Virus record (IMG/VR): IMGVR_UViG_642918882_000001
Location: 4,091-68,090 of that record
Reading direction: 5' to 3' (one strand)
From: a virus
Taxonomy: Duplodnaviria > Caudoviricetes
DNA: 64,000 nucleotides
Shown: piece after piece, positions 38,500 to 47,213 of the stretch
Layout: each line of letters begins with the position of its first letter
How positions within the stretch are numbered: position 1 is the first letter of the stretch
Translations under genes and position numbers: made by a program
The notes under the pieces: model-generated
Databases searched by the model: none
Seen by the model: the letters and a program-made list of their open reading frames with translations, nothing else
What the model was told of the DNA's origin: nothing

Positions 38500-39045
38500 T
38501 CAGCGACGCGGGTTGGCCGCAACCCACTGACGTGCGAGGGCGGCACCCTCGTCGTCCGCCTTCTGGAAGATGTACGGCGCGTTCTTGCCCTTCTTCGCCG
38601 AACCGAGCGCCAGCGTGCCGAGCAGGTACGGGTTCGGACCGTCCAGCACGCGGAGCAGCGAGCGCTTGAGCGCCATCTGGAACACCAGCACGTCCTCGGC
38701 GACGAGGCCCTGGTTCTCGCCGGTCAGCACGACGACGTTCGCGCGGACCACGTCCTTGGCGGTGCCGATCTCGGTGTCCATCTCCTCGATCACCTCGGTC
38801 GGCTCCACCAGCAGGGTCTCACCGAGGAAGTCGGTGATCTTGTACTCGGAGATTCCCGGCGGTGCCGAGAACGGGTCAGCGGCCTTACCGGGCACGTGGC
38901 TGCCCGACTCGTCCACCCCGTCGAAGCCGTCGCCAGCCTGGGGCTTGGCGGCGGCGGTCGTGCGGGGAGCCGCCTTCTTGGCGGGAGCGGCTGCCTTGGC
39001 CGGTGCGGCGGTGGCGGTTGCTCCCTGATCGAACGGATTCGCCAT
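38500..39045 (-). CDS. hypothetical protein (possibly ssDNA-binding)
   Basis: SD GAAAGG; next to the exonuclease. The function is a guess. Confidence 0.65.
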   Translation of the reverse strand: MANPFDQGATATAAPAKAAAPAKKAAPRTTAAAKPQAGDGFDGVDESGSHVPGKAADPFSAPPGISEYKITDFLGETLLVEPTEVIEEMDTEIGTAKDVVRANVVVLTGENQGLVAEDVLVFQMALKRSLLRVLDGPNPYLLGTLALGSAKKGKNAPYIFQKADDEGAALARQWVAANPRR

Positions 39046-39093
39046 AGCGGTTGGTGCCTTTCGCGTGATGCGGTTACGTGACGCGGGATTGCG

Positions 39094-40707
39094 TTACGCG
39101 GGGTTGAGCAGCCCGGCGACGACGCCGCCGAGCCTGGTGAGGTCGTCGTCCCAGACGTCCTCGTACTGCTCGCGGATCGCTCCGGCTTCGGAGAGGTCCG
39201 CGATGTCTTCGATCGCCTGCCGTGCCTCGACGTACCGGAGAGCCTCTTTGCTCGGCGTCGGGATGGCGTGGCGGTAGGGGATGGTCTTCTTGGCGTCCTT
39301 GCGGATCCGGCGGGCGGCGAGAGCGGCGATCATGGCCTCCCCACCGGCCCACAGGTCGAACGTCACGATCTCGGCGTTCTCGGGCACGTCCGACGGGATC
39401 AACACGCAGAAGCACTGCGTCTGGTCGATCTCCGGCATGGGTTCCCAACCGGACGCGTCGACCGCGAGGATCTTGGTCGCGTACCCGTAGACGGCGAACT
39501 GCGTGCCGTAGGTGAGGTAGCCGAACTCCAGCGTCTTGCTGGTCTTCACGTCGCCGAGGTACAGCTTGCCGTCGGTGACGCAGTAGTAAATCCGGTCGAG
39601 GGTTCCGGCGACGGTCTCCTCCCCGCGATCGTTGAGCACGATCCGCTCGACGTACTCGGGCACGGCGATCAGGCCGTACCGGCGGAGCAGCGACCGATAC
39701 GCGGTGACGTACGGCTGGAACATGTCCGGCACGTCACGCGGCAGCACGCTCCCGATGTCGATCGCCTCCAGCCACGCGTGGACGGCCTCGCCCAACTCGG
39801 CGGCGTCGCGGCCTCCGCAGAGGTTGTCGATCTGGTCGATGACGTTGTTCGTTTTGTTGTCGTTGCCGTCGCGGATCTTCTGCCGCAACTCGGCCATGAG
39901 GGACGCGAGCGTCTCGGTCCGCTCGTCCAACGGCTCGTCGAAACCGGACTGGTACCGCTCGGCCGCCGCCTGCTCCGCTTCGAGGGCCTGGAGGACGGCG
40001 GCGACCTGGGTGCGGATCTTCCACCGATTGAGGTTGTACGTGTCGTCCAGCGTGCTCGCCACGGTGGTGCTGCGGCTGTACGCGGTCGGCCGACCGGTCG
40101 ACGGAGACGGCAGCTTGTACCGGCCCCATCCGTCGTACACGATCTTCGCGCGCGGGTTCTCCGGCGGGAGCGGGTAGCCCATCGTCTTCGTGAACCGAGG
40201 CTCTGCGGCCACGGTCCCGTCCAATGCCAGTTCGGTCACTGCGGTCTCGTTCCTCTCGTCTGGTGTCGTCGTACCGGGGGAGGCCGGTTCGGGCGTCTGT
40301 GGGGCGGCAGGGCCGCAGTTTGAGCGGTTCCTGTCGGCGCGGGCCTTCGCGCGGCAGATGCCGCACTCGTCCGCCGTCGGGTAGCCGTGCGGGCACACCT
40401 CAAGCGCCCTCTGGACGTGTCCGCACTCCGTCGTGCGCGGATTGCACGCCTTGTCGTCCTCGAACGGGCACTCGTCGCAATGGTCGAACCTGTCGGCGGC
40501 GACCCCGAGGTCTCCGGCGGCGTGCGCGTTCATGTCCGGCTGGTCCGGCCGCGCCGGGTCGTTCTCGATGACCGGCGGCGCGTCCGGCGCGAAGTACGAC
40601 GGATGCGCCATCTCGGGGTTGTCGGTCCAGCCGAACGGCTCACTGCGGTACCAGATCCGGCCGTCGGGCTGACGGCGGGCCGGGAACTGCTGCGCGATCG
40701 TGCCCAT
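39094..40707 (-). CDS. PD-(D/E)xK Cas4/RecB-like exonuclease
   Basis: GEAVHAWLE, AGTLDRI, GDVKT and QFAVY motifs. Confidence 0.8.
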   Translation of the reverse strand: MGTIAQQFPARRQPDGRIWYRSEPFGWTDNPEMAHPSYFAPDAPPVIENDPARPDQPDMNAHAAGDLGVAADRFDHCDECPFEDDKACNPRTTECGHVQRALEVCPHGYPTADECGICRAKARADRNRSNCGPAAPQTPEPASPGTTTPDERNETAVTELALDGTVAAEPRFTKTMGYPLPPENPRAKIVYDGWGRYKLPSPSTGRPTAYSRSTTVASTLDDTYNLNRWKIRTQVAAVLQALEAEQAAAERYQSGFDEPLDERTETLASLMAELRQKIRDGNDNKTNNVIDQIDNLCGGRDAAELGEAVHAWLEAIDIGSVLPRDVPDMFQPYVTAYRSLLRRYGLIAVPEYVERIVLNDRGEETVAGTLDRIYYCVTDGKLYLGDVKTSKTLEFGYLTYGTQFAVYGYATKILAVDASGWEPMPEIDQTQCFCVLIPSDVPENAEIVTFDLWAGGEAMIAALAARRIRKDAKKTIPYRHAIPTPSKEALRYVEARQAIEDIADLSEAGAIREQYEDVWDDDLTRLGGVVAGLLNPA

Positions 40708-40889
40708 CAGGCCCACGCCTCGACGTATGCCAGCTCGGCGGCGACCTGGCGGCGGACTTCGCGGCGCTCGATGCGGCGGGCCTCGCGCCGGGTGCGGCGG
40801 CGGTCTGCGGAGCACTGGCGGCGTCCGCAATGGCACGCGGCCTTGGTCACGTGCGCGTCGTGATGGGTCTTGATCAGCATCGCTGCCAT
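40707..40889 (-). CDS. 60-aa Arg-rich protein under repeat cassette
   Basis: ATG follows the cassette SD; TGATG coupling to the exonuclease. Confidence 0.7.
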   Translation of the reverse strand: MAAMLIKTHHDAHVTKAACHCGRRQCSADRRRTRREARRIERREVRRQVAAELAYVEAWA

Positions 40890-40894
40890 GTCGG

Positions 40895-40957
40895 TCCCTT
40901 CCGGCGGGTCCGTCCCGCCTTCGATGACCACAATACCACGGTGCTCGGGATTGTCAA
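40895..40957 (-). promoter_or_regulatory. repeat cassette
   Basis: TTGACA ATCCCGAGCACCGTGG TATTGT ... GGCGGG ACGGA CCCGCC GGAAGGGA CCGAC ATG. Confidence 0.85.
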
Positions 40958-40977
40958 CGTCACGCCTCCGCTGAAGG

Positions 40978-41247
40978 TCATTGATCCAGCTCCTCAGTGG
41001 TGTAGATGAGCTTGGCGGTGTCGCATGGCCAATCGACCTCGCAGTGTTCGCATACGCGGTCTCTGAGTCGGCAGTCCTCTCCGCTGCAGCAGGCGTTGAT
41101 GCAGTTGCTCCACCGAGGGCGGTGCAGTTCGCGGATCGGCTCCAACGCCTCACGGGCAGCGACAATTGCTGTAGGCCACGGTGGGGTGTCCAAGTCGTAC
41201 TGGGCCTTCCATGCCCGTTGTGCGGCTTCTACTGCTGGATCACTCAT
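40978..41247 (-). CDS. small Cys-rich protein (MSDPAVEAAQRA... type)
   Basis: N-terminus and WPCDTAKLIY C-terminus resemble a widespread mycobacteriophage small gene; atypical codon usage. Confidence 0.7.
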   Translation of the reverse strand: MSDPAVEAAQRAWKAQYDLDTPPWPTAIVAAREALEPIRELHRPRWSNCINACCSGEDCRLRDRVCEHCEVDWPCDTAKLIYTTEELDQ

Positions 41248-41292
41248 CGTCAGCCTCCAGCCGATCCGCAGCCAATCGCACCAGGTCCGCGC

Positions 41293-42990
41293 TCATCCCT
41301 CGATACCGCCGTCCAGAACGCGGGCGGCGAACGCCACGCTGATCTCGTCCGACAACCGGGCCTTGGTCATGTCGGCGTAGCCGGGGATCCCGAGCGTCCT
41401 GGCGAGATTCAACTGCTTGTCCGACGGGGCCTGGTACTTCCGCCACGACGCGTTTTTGTTGCCCGAGAAGCTGAACTCCTCGGGGTGCTCGTTGATCCAC
41501 GCCTCGGCGGCGTCCATGGCCTCGCCGATCTCGACGTACTGCGGATCCCCTCCTCCCATGAAACCGCCCTTGCGCGTCTGCTGGTGGATGATGCCGACCG
41601 CCCAGCGATCGGCGTTCCTGCGGCCGTCCTCGGGCCACAGGAACACGATCCGCTTCGCGTTGCCGGACACGAACGGCACACCCTTCGGGGTCTCCAGCCA
41701 GATCGTCTCGGATCCGCGCAACAGGTCGATGCTGACCAGTTCGACCACACCCTGCCGGGTGACCTTGATCGGCTTCTCGTCCTCGTTGACGTAGTCGTCA
41801 ACGGGGCTGTCGTCCAGGATCTCCATGCCGTCTACGTCGACCGCCTTGGTCTCCGCACCGGGATCCAACTGCGAGAGGTTGACGAGCTTCATCTGGCGCG
41901 CGGACCCCGAGAGGTCTATCACCAGGGCGTCGTCCTTGCCGGGGTAGAGCCGGAGCGCACGGCCGACCATCTGGGAGTAGAGGTTTTTGGACCGCGTCGG
42001 CCGCGCCATGACAACCGTGTCGCACATAGGGAAGTCAGCGCCCTCGGTCAACACCATGACCGTAACGAGCACCTGGGTCTCACCGGACCGGAACCGGTCG
42101 AAGGTCGCGTCACGCTTCGCGGCGTTGTCCGCGCCGACGACGAACTCCGCCGTCATGTTCCCGCGAGCGTTGATCGCGTCGGTGATCGCGTACGCGCCCT
42201 CGACGCTGGCGGCGAACACGATCGGGCGGCGTCCGATGCAGTGCAGGTCGATCGCGTCGACCACGTACTCGACCGCCGCTTCCATGACCTCGGCCAACTC
42301 GGACTGCTTGAAGTCCCCGGCGACGTTGCGGATGTCATTCAGCTTGTCGAGGTTCTCGATCTTGACGGTCAAGCCCCGAGGCGGCACCAGGAACCCGTTG
42401 TCGATCGCCCACCGGAGATCCTTCTCGTAGCTGATCTTCTGAATGATGTCGCCGAGGCCGTACCCGACCTTGGCGTTTCCCTGCCGGAACATGGTGGCCG
42501 TGAGGCCCATGACCTTGGATCCGTCGAAGCCGCCCATGGCGCGGAAAGCGTCCGTCCAGGTGGGCGCTCCGGCGTGGTGGACCTCGTCCCAGACGATCAC
42601 GTCGCGGAATCCGAGGCTGCGGACGCGGCGGTCGCTCTGCAACGTCTGGAGCGTGGCGGCGACGATCGGGGCGTGGTGATCGTCCTTCTCGCCCTGCACG
42701 ATCCCGAACGCGGAGTCGGGGATGGTCGGGTCGACGGCCCTGGTGTCACGGATCAACTGCGAGATGAGCAGGTCGCGGTGCGCGATGAACACACAGCGCT
42801 CTCCCCGGCGGTAGGCACGGGCGACGATCTCGCCGCCGACGGTCGACTTGCCCGCGCCGGTCGGCAGGACGACTCCGGCGCGGAGGTGTCCCGCTGCCCA
42901 ATCGGCTTCGACACAATCGGCAGCTTCACGCTGGTACGGGCGGAGTTCACGCGGCTCGCCGGGTGCGTTCCCGACTTCGGTGCTGGTCAC
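41293..42990 (-). CDS. SF2 DNA helicase
   Basis: LRPYQ, PTGAGKS, DEVHH, GLTAT and QMVGRALR motifs. Confidence 0.92.
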   Translation of the reverse strand: MTSTEVGNAPGEPRELRPYQREAADCVEADWAAGHLRAGVVLPTGAGKSTVGGEIVARAYRRGERCVFIAHRDLLISQLIRDTRAVDPTIPDSAFGIVQGEKDDHHAPIVAATLQTLQSDRRVRSLGFRDVIVWDEVHHAGAPTWTDAFRAMGGFDGSKVMGLTATMFRQGNAKVGYGLGDIIQKISYEKDLRWAIDNGFLVPPRGLTVKIENLDKLNDIRNVAGDFKQSELAEVMEAAVEYVVDAIDLHCIGRRPIVFAASVEGAYAITDAINARGNMTAEFVVGADNAAKRDATFDRFRSGETQVLVTVMVLTEGADFPMCDTVVMARPTRSKNLYSQMVGRALRLYPGKDDALVIDLSGSARQMKLVNLSQLDPGAETKAVDVDGMEILDDSPVDDYVNEDEKPIKVTRQGVVELVSIDLLRGSETIWLETPKGVPFVSGNAKRIVFLWPEDGRRNADRWAVGIIHQQTRKGGFMGGGDPQYVEIGEAMDAAEAWINEHPEEFSFSGNKNASWRKYQAPSDKQLNLARTLGIPGYADMTKARLSDEISVAFAARVLDGGIEG

Positions 42991-43030
42991 GGGTGGCTCG
43001 TTTCGTTTGGCGGGTGGCGGGTTGCGGGGT

Positions 43031-43088
43031 GTCCGGCGGGATCGCCGCCGGACAACACCGACAATACCGAATGATGATGAATTGTCAA
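43031..43088 (-). promoter_or_regulatory. degenerate repeat cassette upstream of the helicase
   Basis: TTGACA ATTCATCATCATTCGG TATTGT then hairpin GTCCGGCGG-CGATC-CCGCCGGAC. Confidence 0.65.
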
Positions 43089-43447
43089 TTGCGCGGCTTG
43101 AGCGCGGCGTTCGCGGCCTGTACCGCGTCGATCAGGGTCCGGCCGTATCCGGCGGTGATGACCAGGCCGGGGTAGCACTTCGGGGACGGATCCGCGTCGG
43201 AGCCGTAGAGATCGGGGTCGACCGGGAACGGCTCGGTGTCGCGGATGATGCACGACCAGCCGTACTCGCTGCACTGGAGGTCGGCGTGGACGTACTTCGT
43301 ACGGGAGAGGCGACGGGCCTCGTCCATCAGGCCGTCGAGAACTTTGCTGCTGGGGGACACGGAGAACCTTTCGATGATGATGGTCGCGATGACGGCGGCG
43401 GTGGGGCTGAGCACGGAAACCGTGCCCAGCACCCACGCGGGAACCAT
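43085..43447 (-). CDS. hypothetical membrane-anchored protein
   Basis: TAATG coupling; N-terminal hydrophobic segment. Confidence 0.6.
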   Translation of the reverse strand: MVPAWVLGTVSVLSPTAAVIATIIIERFSVSPSSKVLDGLMDEARRLSRTKYVHADLQCSEYGWSCIIRDTEPFPVDPDLYGSDADPSPKCYPGLVITAGYGRTLIDAVQAANAALKPRN

Positions 43448-43794
43448 TAACCCCGGCCGCAGCCTGTCGGAGGAGCGAGCGGCGGCGGTGCCGGAGCGGG
43501 ATGGACGACGCACACGATCGGGTTCCAGACCCGGCCGACGAACGGCGCGACGAACGAGTCCATGTGCCACTTCGTGCCGTCAGGGTACGGCGTGCCGTCG
43601 CAATAGCCGCCCCATGAGGTCATGGTCCCGCCACCGGGGCACCAGACCGGCGGGATCGGCCAGTACGGGTCCGGCGTGGCGTTCGCACGACCGGACCACC
43701 CGACCGCGCACGCGATCAGGACGGCTGCGCTGGCGGCGACCAGGAGCAGGCGTCCGGCCATCTTCCAGCGGCGGACGTTGAATGTCTCAGCCAT
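43447..43794 (-). CDS. secreted-type small protein
   Basis: Signal peptide ending ANA; Cys/Pro-rich mature part (GYCDG.PYPDG). Confidence 0.7.
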   Translation of the reverse strand: MAETFNVRRWKMAGRLLLVAASAAVLIACAVGWSGRANATPDPYWPIPPVWCPGGGTMTSWGGYCDGTPYPDGTKWHMDSFVAPFVGRVWNPIVCVVHPAPAPPPLAPPTGCGRG

Positions 43795-43832
43795 GATTGG
43801 GTGTTTCCTTTCGGTTGGGAGTCCCGCGACGA

Positions 43833-46439
43833 TCAGTTGTCGTCGTCGGTGATGGTCTCGGCTGCCGCACGGAGGCGGGCATCCTCGACCGTTCCGGTGG
43901 GGTCCGGAATGTACCGGGCACCGGAGTCCGTGCCGGTGAGCGTCTGGATCAACTGGTACCGCAGGGCGCGGTCCACACCGAGGTTGACCTTGTGCTTCCA
44001 GCGCTTCGCCGCGTCCGGCCGCTGAGCGGTGTACGGATCCGGACGAAGGTTCGCGACGATCTCGCCCCGCGTAGCGCCCTGCTGCGGGAAGTCGTCAATG
44101 TACCGGCGGATCCGGATCGCCGTCTCCACGATCGGCTCCGGAACAGGCGGTGCGTACACGATGTCTCCGTTCATGGGGTCGACCTCTCCGCCGGGTCCGG
44201 TGATGATCACGGAGTTGTTCTGCTCCCACGGGACCATCAGGAGCGGCAGCGGCCGGTCCAACTGCTCGGTGTTCTTCTGCTTGGTGGTGGCGAGTTCGAT
44301 CATCTTGCCGCGCGGAGCATTGGCCGGGTCGATGCCCATCTGGTCCCACGTCCAACTGTGGTCGCGGATCAGGATCTCGCTGTCGAGAGCGCCGTTGAGG
44401 GCCGAGGAACCGCGTCCCGACTCCGACCCCTTGGCGGTGTGGTGGACGATCAGGATCCCGGCACCGACCATGGCCTTCAACTGGTCGAACCGCTTCACGG
44501 CCTTCCCGACCTCGGTGGCTGAGTTCTCCTCCAGGTTCGTCGCCATGCGGGCGAACGTGTCGAAGATGATCATGCCGACCCCGAGGCGGGTCAGGTGGGC
44601 TGCGAGAGCCTGCCACGCTTCCTTGGACGCGCCGAGCATGATGATCGAATCGCCGAGCAGGAGGTCTTCGCCGACCTCCATGCCGTACGCGTCCTCCCAC
44701 GCGACGACGCGCTGCACCGCGCCGGACAGGCCCTCACCGGGGAGGTAGAGCACCTTCTGCTTCAGCGTCCGGCGACCCTGCCAGCGACGGCCGGTCGCGA
44801 TGTGGCAGGCCATGTCCAGGGCCACCGACGACTTCCCGACGCCGGGAGGGCCGATGATGCACGACAGGCCGCGATGCTCGATCAGGCCCTCGATCACGTA
44901 CTCCGGCGGAGGGATGTCCTTCCAATGGCTGAACGGCGCGATACGGGGGACGTTGGCGATACCTGAGTCCCAGAGGTCCGGCTCGTTGTCGCCGATGTCG
45001 TCGGGGAACGTCTCCGCCGACTCCGCGTCCCGCTCCGGAGTGGCGGCAGGTTCCGGCGCTGCGCCACCAGGGGCGTCCCACGGGTCCGACGGTGACGCGG
45101 GGGCCGGAGCGGCGTCCCACGGGGAGTCCTGGACGGCAGGCGGGCACGGGTTCTCGTCGGCCTCGTGCTCGGTGTTGCACCAGGGGTCGTGCGCCCAGTG
45201 GACCGGCTCCGGTTCGAGGTCGTCGTCCAGGTTCGATGTCGGTGCGTCCTCGTCCTCGACGTTGCGGGGATCCAGCCCGAGTTCGCCGCCGATACCGAGG
45301 TCCGTCGACAACCCGAGGTCATCGACCGCCTTGCCGACGTTGTCGCCGTAGCTGATCAACGCGACGGCCTGCAACTTCGAGATCGTTTTGACGCCGTGCT
45401 TCTCGCACCACTTATCGAACGGAGGATCGGGGTTGTCGGTCCAGAAGTGAAGGGGCGCATTGGTTTCCGTGTACCGGCCCAGCGCACACCCGCTATCGTG
45501 CGCGGTGGCCGACTTCGGCGACGCATGGTCACCGGGTCCGGTCCACACCGGGCACCCGCAGGAATCCGCGCGCGGGTGCGGCGTCCACCCGAGGGGTTCG
45601 AGGATCGCTGACCACGGCACCGTCTCGGCCCACTCGTCAATCGCCGACGCGAGATCGTCCTCGTCGTCGCCGGACCGGGTGCGCTGCTCCGCCATCCGCT
45701 CGGCGCGACGGTTCCCGGCGTCCACGATCTTATCCAGCAACCAACCGGGGATCTCGTAGTCGCGGCCGGTCAGTTCGTACGCGCCCTCCGGCCGGGTCGA
45801 CGGCGGGATCAGGACGTAGCGGCGGTTCCACAGCACGGCGAAGCCATCCTCGCCTCCCCACGTCAGCGCGCCGATCGAGTCGGGCAACTCGACGCCCTCC
45901 GGCAGCGTGAAGTAGAAATGTCCGCCGTCGCGGTGGGTCCAGGTGTCGGGATCGTCCGAGTCGCCCTTGCCGACCTGACCCGGCGTCATGACCGTGGCCG
46001 GAGTACCGGCCGGGGCCTTCGACACCTCCAGGAACTTCGCGTACTGCTCCGGCGTATCGCAGTCGACCACGACGAGCCGGGACGCGCCGACCTCGATCGC
46101 GAGGTTGACGGGCACGTCCGGACCGTGGACCTCGATGTACCGGTCGAGGTACTTCAGCACGACCTTGGCGTCCGACGACGCGAGGGCCAACCCCGACGGC
46201 GACTTGACCTTGTCCCAGTTCCGGCGACCGGCTTCGCGTGCCGCCTGCTGCGCGGCCTTGTCGGCGGCGTTCTTCTGGCGGACGGTACGCATGTCGGCGG
46301 GCTGCTTCGACTGCGGATGGATCAACAGGAGCGCGAGGCCCTGCTTGCACGCCTCGCGGACGAAGGCCCGCACGGCGTCGTGATCGGTGTTGCTGATGCC
46401 GGATCCGAGAACGGCGGCGATCGGGGTGCTACCCAGCAT
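43833..46439 (-). CDS. primase/polymerase fused to an AAA (RepA-like) helicase
   Basis: Prim-pol motifs VVVDCD and GGHFYF; Walker A GPPGVGKS, IIFDT and IVHH. Confidence 0.88.
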   Translation of the reverse strand: MLGSTPIAAVLGSGISNTDHDAVRAFVREACKQGLALLLIHPQSKQPADMRTVRQKNAADKAAQQAAREAGRRNWDKVKSPSGLALASSDAKVVLKYLDRYIEVHGPDVPVNLAIEVGASRLVVVDCDTPEQYAKFLEVSKAPAGTPATVMTPGQVGKGDSDDPDTWTHRDGGHFYFTLPEGVELPDSIGALTWGGEDGFAVLWNRRYVLIPPSTRPEGAYELTGRDYEIPGWLLDKIVDAGNRRAERMAEQRTRSGDDEDDLASAIDEWAETVPWSAILEPLGWTPHPRADSCGCPVWTGPGDHASPKSATAHDSGCALGRYTETNAPLHFWTDNPDPPFDKWCEKHGVKTISKLQAVALISYGDNVGKAVDDLGLSTDLGIGGELGLDPRNVEDEDAPTSNLDDDLEPEPVHWAHDPWCNTEHEADENPCPPAVQDSPWDAAPAPASPSDPWDAPGGAAPEPAATPERDAESAETFPDDIGDNEPDLWDSGIANVPRIAPFSHWKDIPPPEYVIEGLIEHRGLSCIIGPPGVGKSSVALDMACHIATGRRWQGRRTLKQKVLYLPGEGLSGAVQRVVAWEDAYGMEVGEDLLLGDSIIMLGASKEAWQALAAHLTRLGVGMIIFDTFARMATNLEENSATEVGKAVKRFDQLKAMVGAGILIVHHTAKGSESGRGSSALNGALDSEILIRDHSWTWDQMGIDPANAPRGKMIELATTKQKNTEQLDRPLPLLMVPWEQNNSVIITGPGGEVDPMNGDIVYAPPVPEPIVETAIRIRRYIDDFPQQGATRGEIVANLRPDPYTAQRPDAAKRWKHKVNLGVDRALRYQLIQTLTGTDSGARYIPDPTGTVEDARLRAAAETITDDDN

Positions 46440-46472
46440 TGGGCGTGACCTTTCGGTGGGAGGGGTGGGGGA

Positions 46473-47213
46473 TCAGGGACGGTGCCGGTCGGCGGGACAC
46501 TCCGGCTTGATCATCGGCGAACCGTGGTCACATATGCAGACAATACCGACCCGGTCGGGATTGTCAAGCAACGTGCTCGGGTCCGACGGATCGCCTGCGG
46601 AGACGAGGTAGTGGTACGACGCGCCGGGGTTCTCCGCCATCCCCTTCGCCGCCTCCGGCGTGAGCAACCCGACCTCGACGGCCGACTGCGGCTCCGCGTT
46701 GTGCATCGGGAAGATACCGACGGCGCGGCGGACCGACTCCAGCGGCGGCGGGTCGATCGGGTTGTCAAGCCAGTCCTGGCAGTACCACCGGGCCTTGTCC
46801 ACGTCCTCCCGGTCGTCGGCCTTCCCGCCGAACCCGACGCGCCAGAGGTACTTGACCGCCGTCGCGAGCCGCATGTCGCGGATGTGCCGGATGACCTGGA
46901 TGCACTGGACCGTGAACCGGTGCTCGCACTCCGGACACTGCACCTCCGGCCCGCGACGGTAGTGGGGCGGGTGATTGACCATGTCGACCTCGTACCAGCG
47001 GTGGATCGGGCACGTCTCGTCGTACGGAGCGTTCAGGGACGGCGAGCACGTGCATTCCTTGGGGGTGCCGGGCGGCAGGACGGGCATGGATACCTCTCTC
47101 GGGTTGAACTTCATCGGGTTGTCGCAGGACGGCAGGTGGACCCTGCGCCCCTCGGAGTCGGCGGCGTTGAGTTCGTCGTCGGCGAACTCGCGTCCGCAGT
47201 CGTGGCAGGTCAT
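46473..47213 (-). CDS. DUF3310-like protein
   Basis: DMVNHPPHY...AVKYLWR...EDVDKARWY. Confidence 0.75.
   Translation of the reverse strand: MTCHDCGREFADDELNAADSEGRRVHLPSCDNPMKFNPREVSMPVLPPGTPKECTCSPSLNAPYDETCPIHRWYEVDMVNHPPHYRRGPEVQCPECEHRFTVQCIQVIRHIRDMRLATAVKYLWRVGFGGKADDREDVDKARWYCQDWLDNPIDPPPLESVRRAVGIFPMHNAEPQSAVEVGLLTPEAAKGMAENPGASYHYLVSAGDPSDPSTLLDNPDRVGIVCICDHGSPMIKPECPADRHRP
46539..46567 (-). promoter_or_regulatory. operator/promoter part of the cassette embedded in coding sequence upstream of the primase
   Basis: TTGACA ATCCCGACCGGGTCGG TATTGT; near-perfect palindrome GACAATACCGACCCGGTCGGGATTGTC. Confidence 0.7.

Noticed and set aside
39094-40707. Cas4-like nuclease as evidence of CRISPR-Cas
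   Set aside because: It is a stand-alone PD-(D/E)xK exonuclease in a replication block, which is common in phages.
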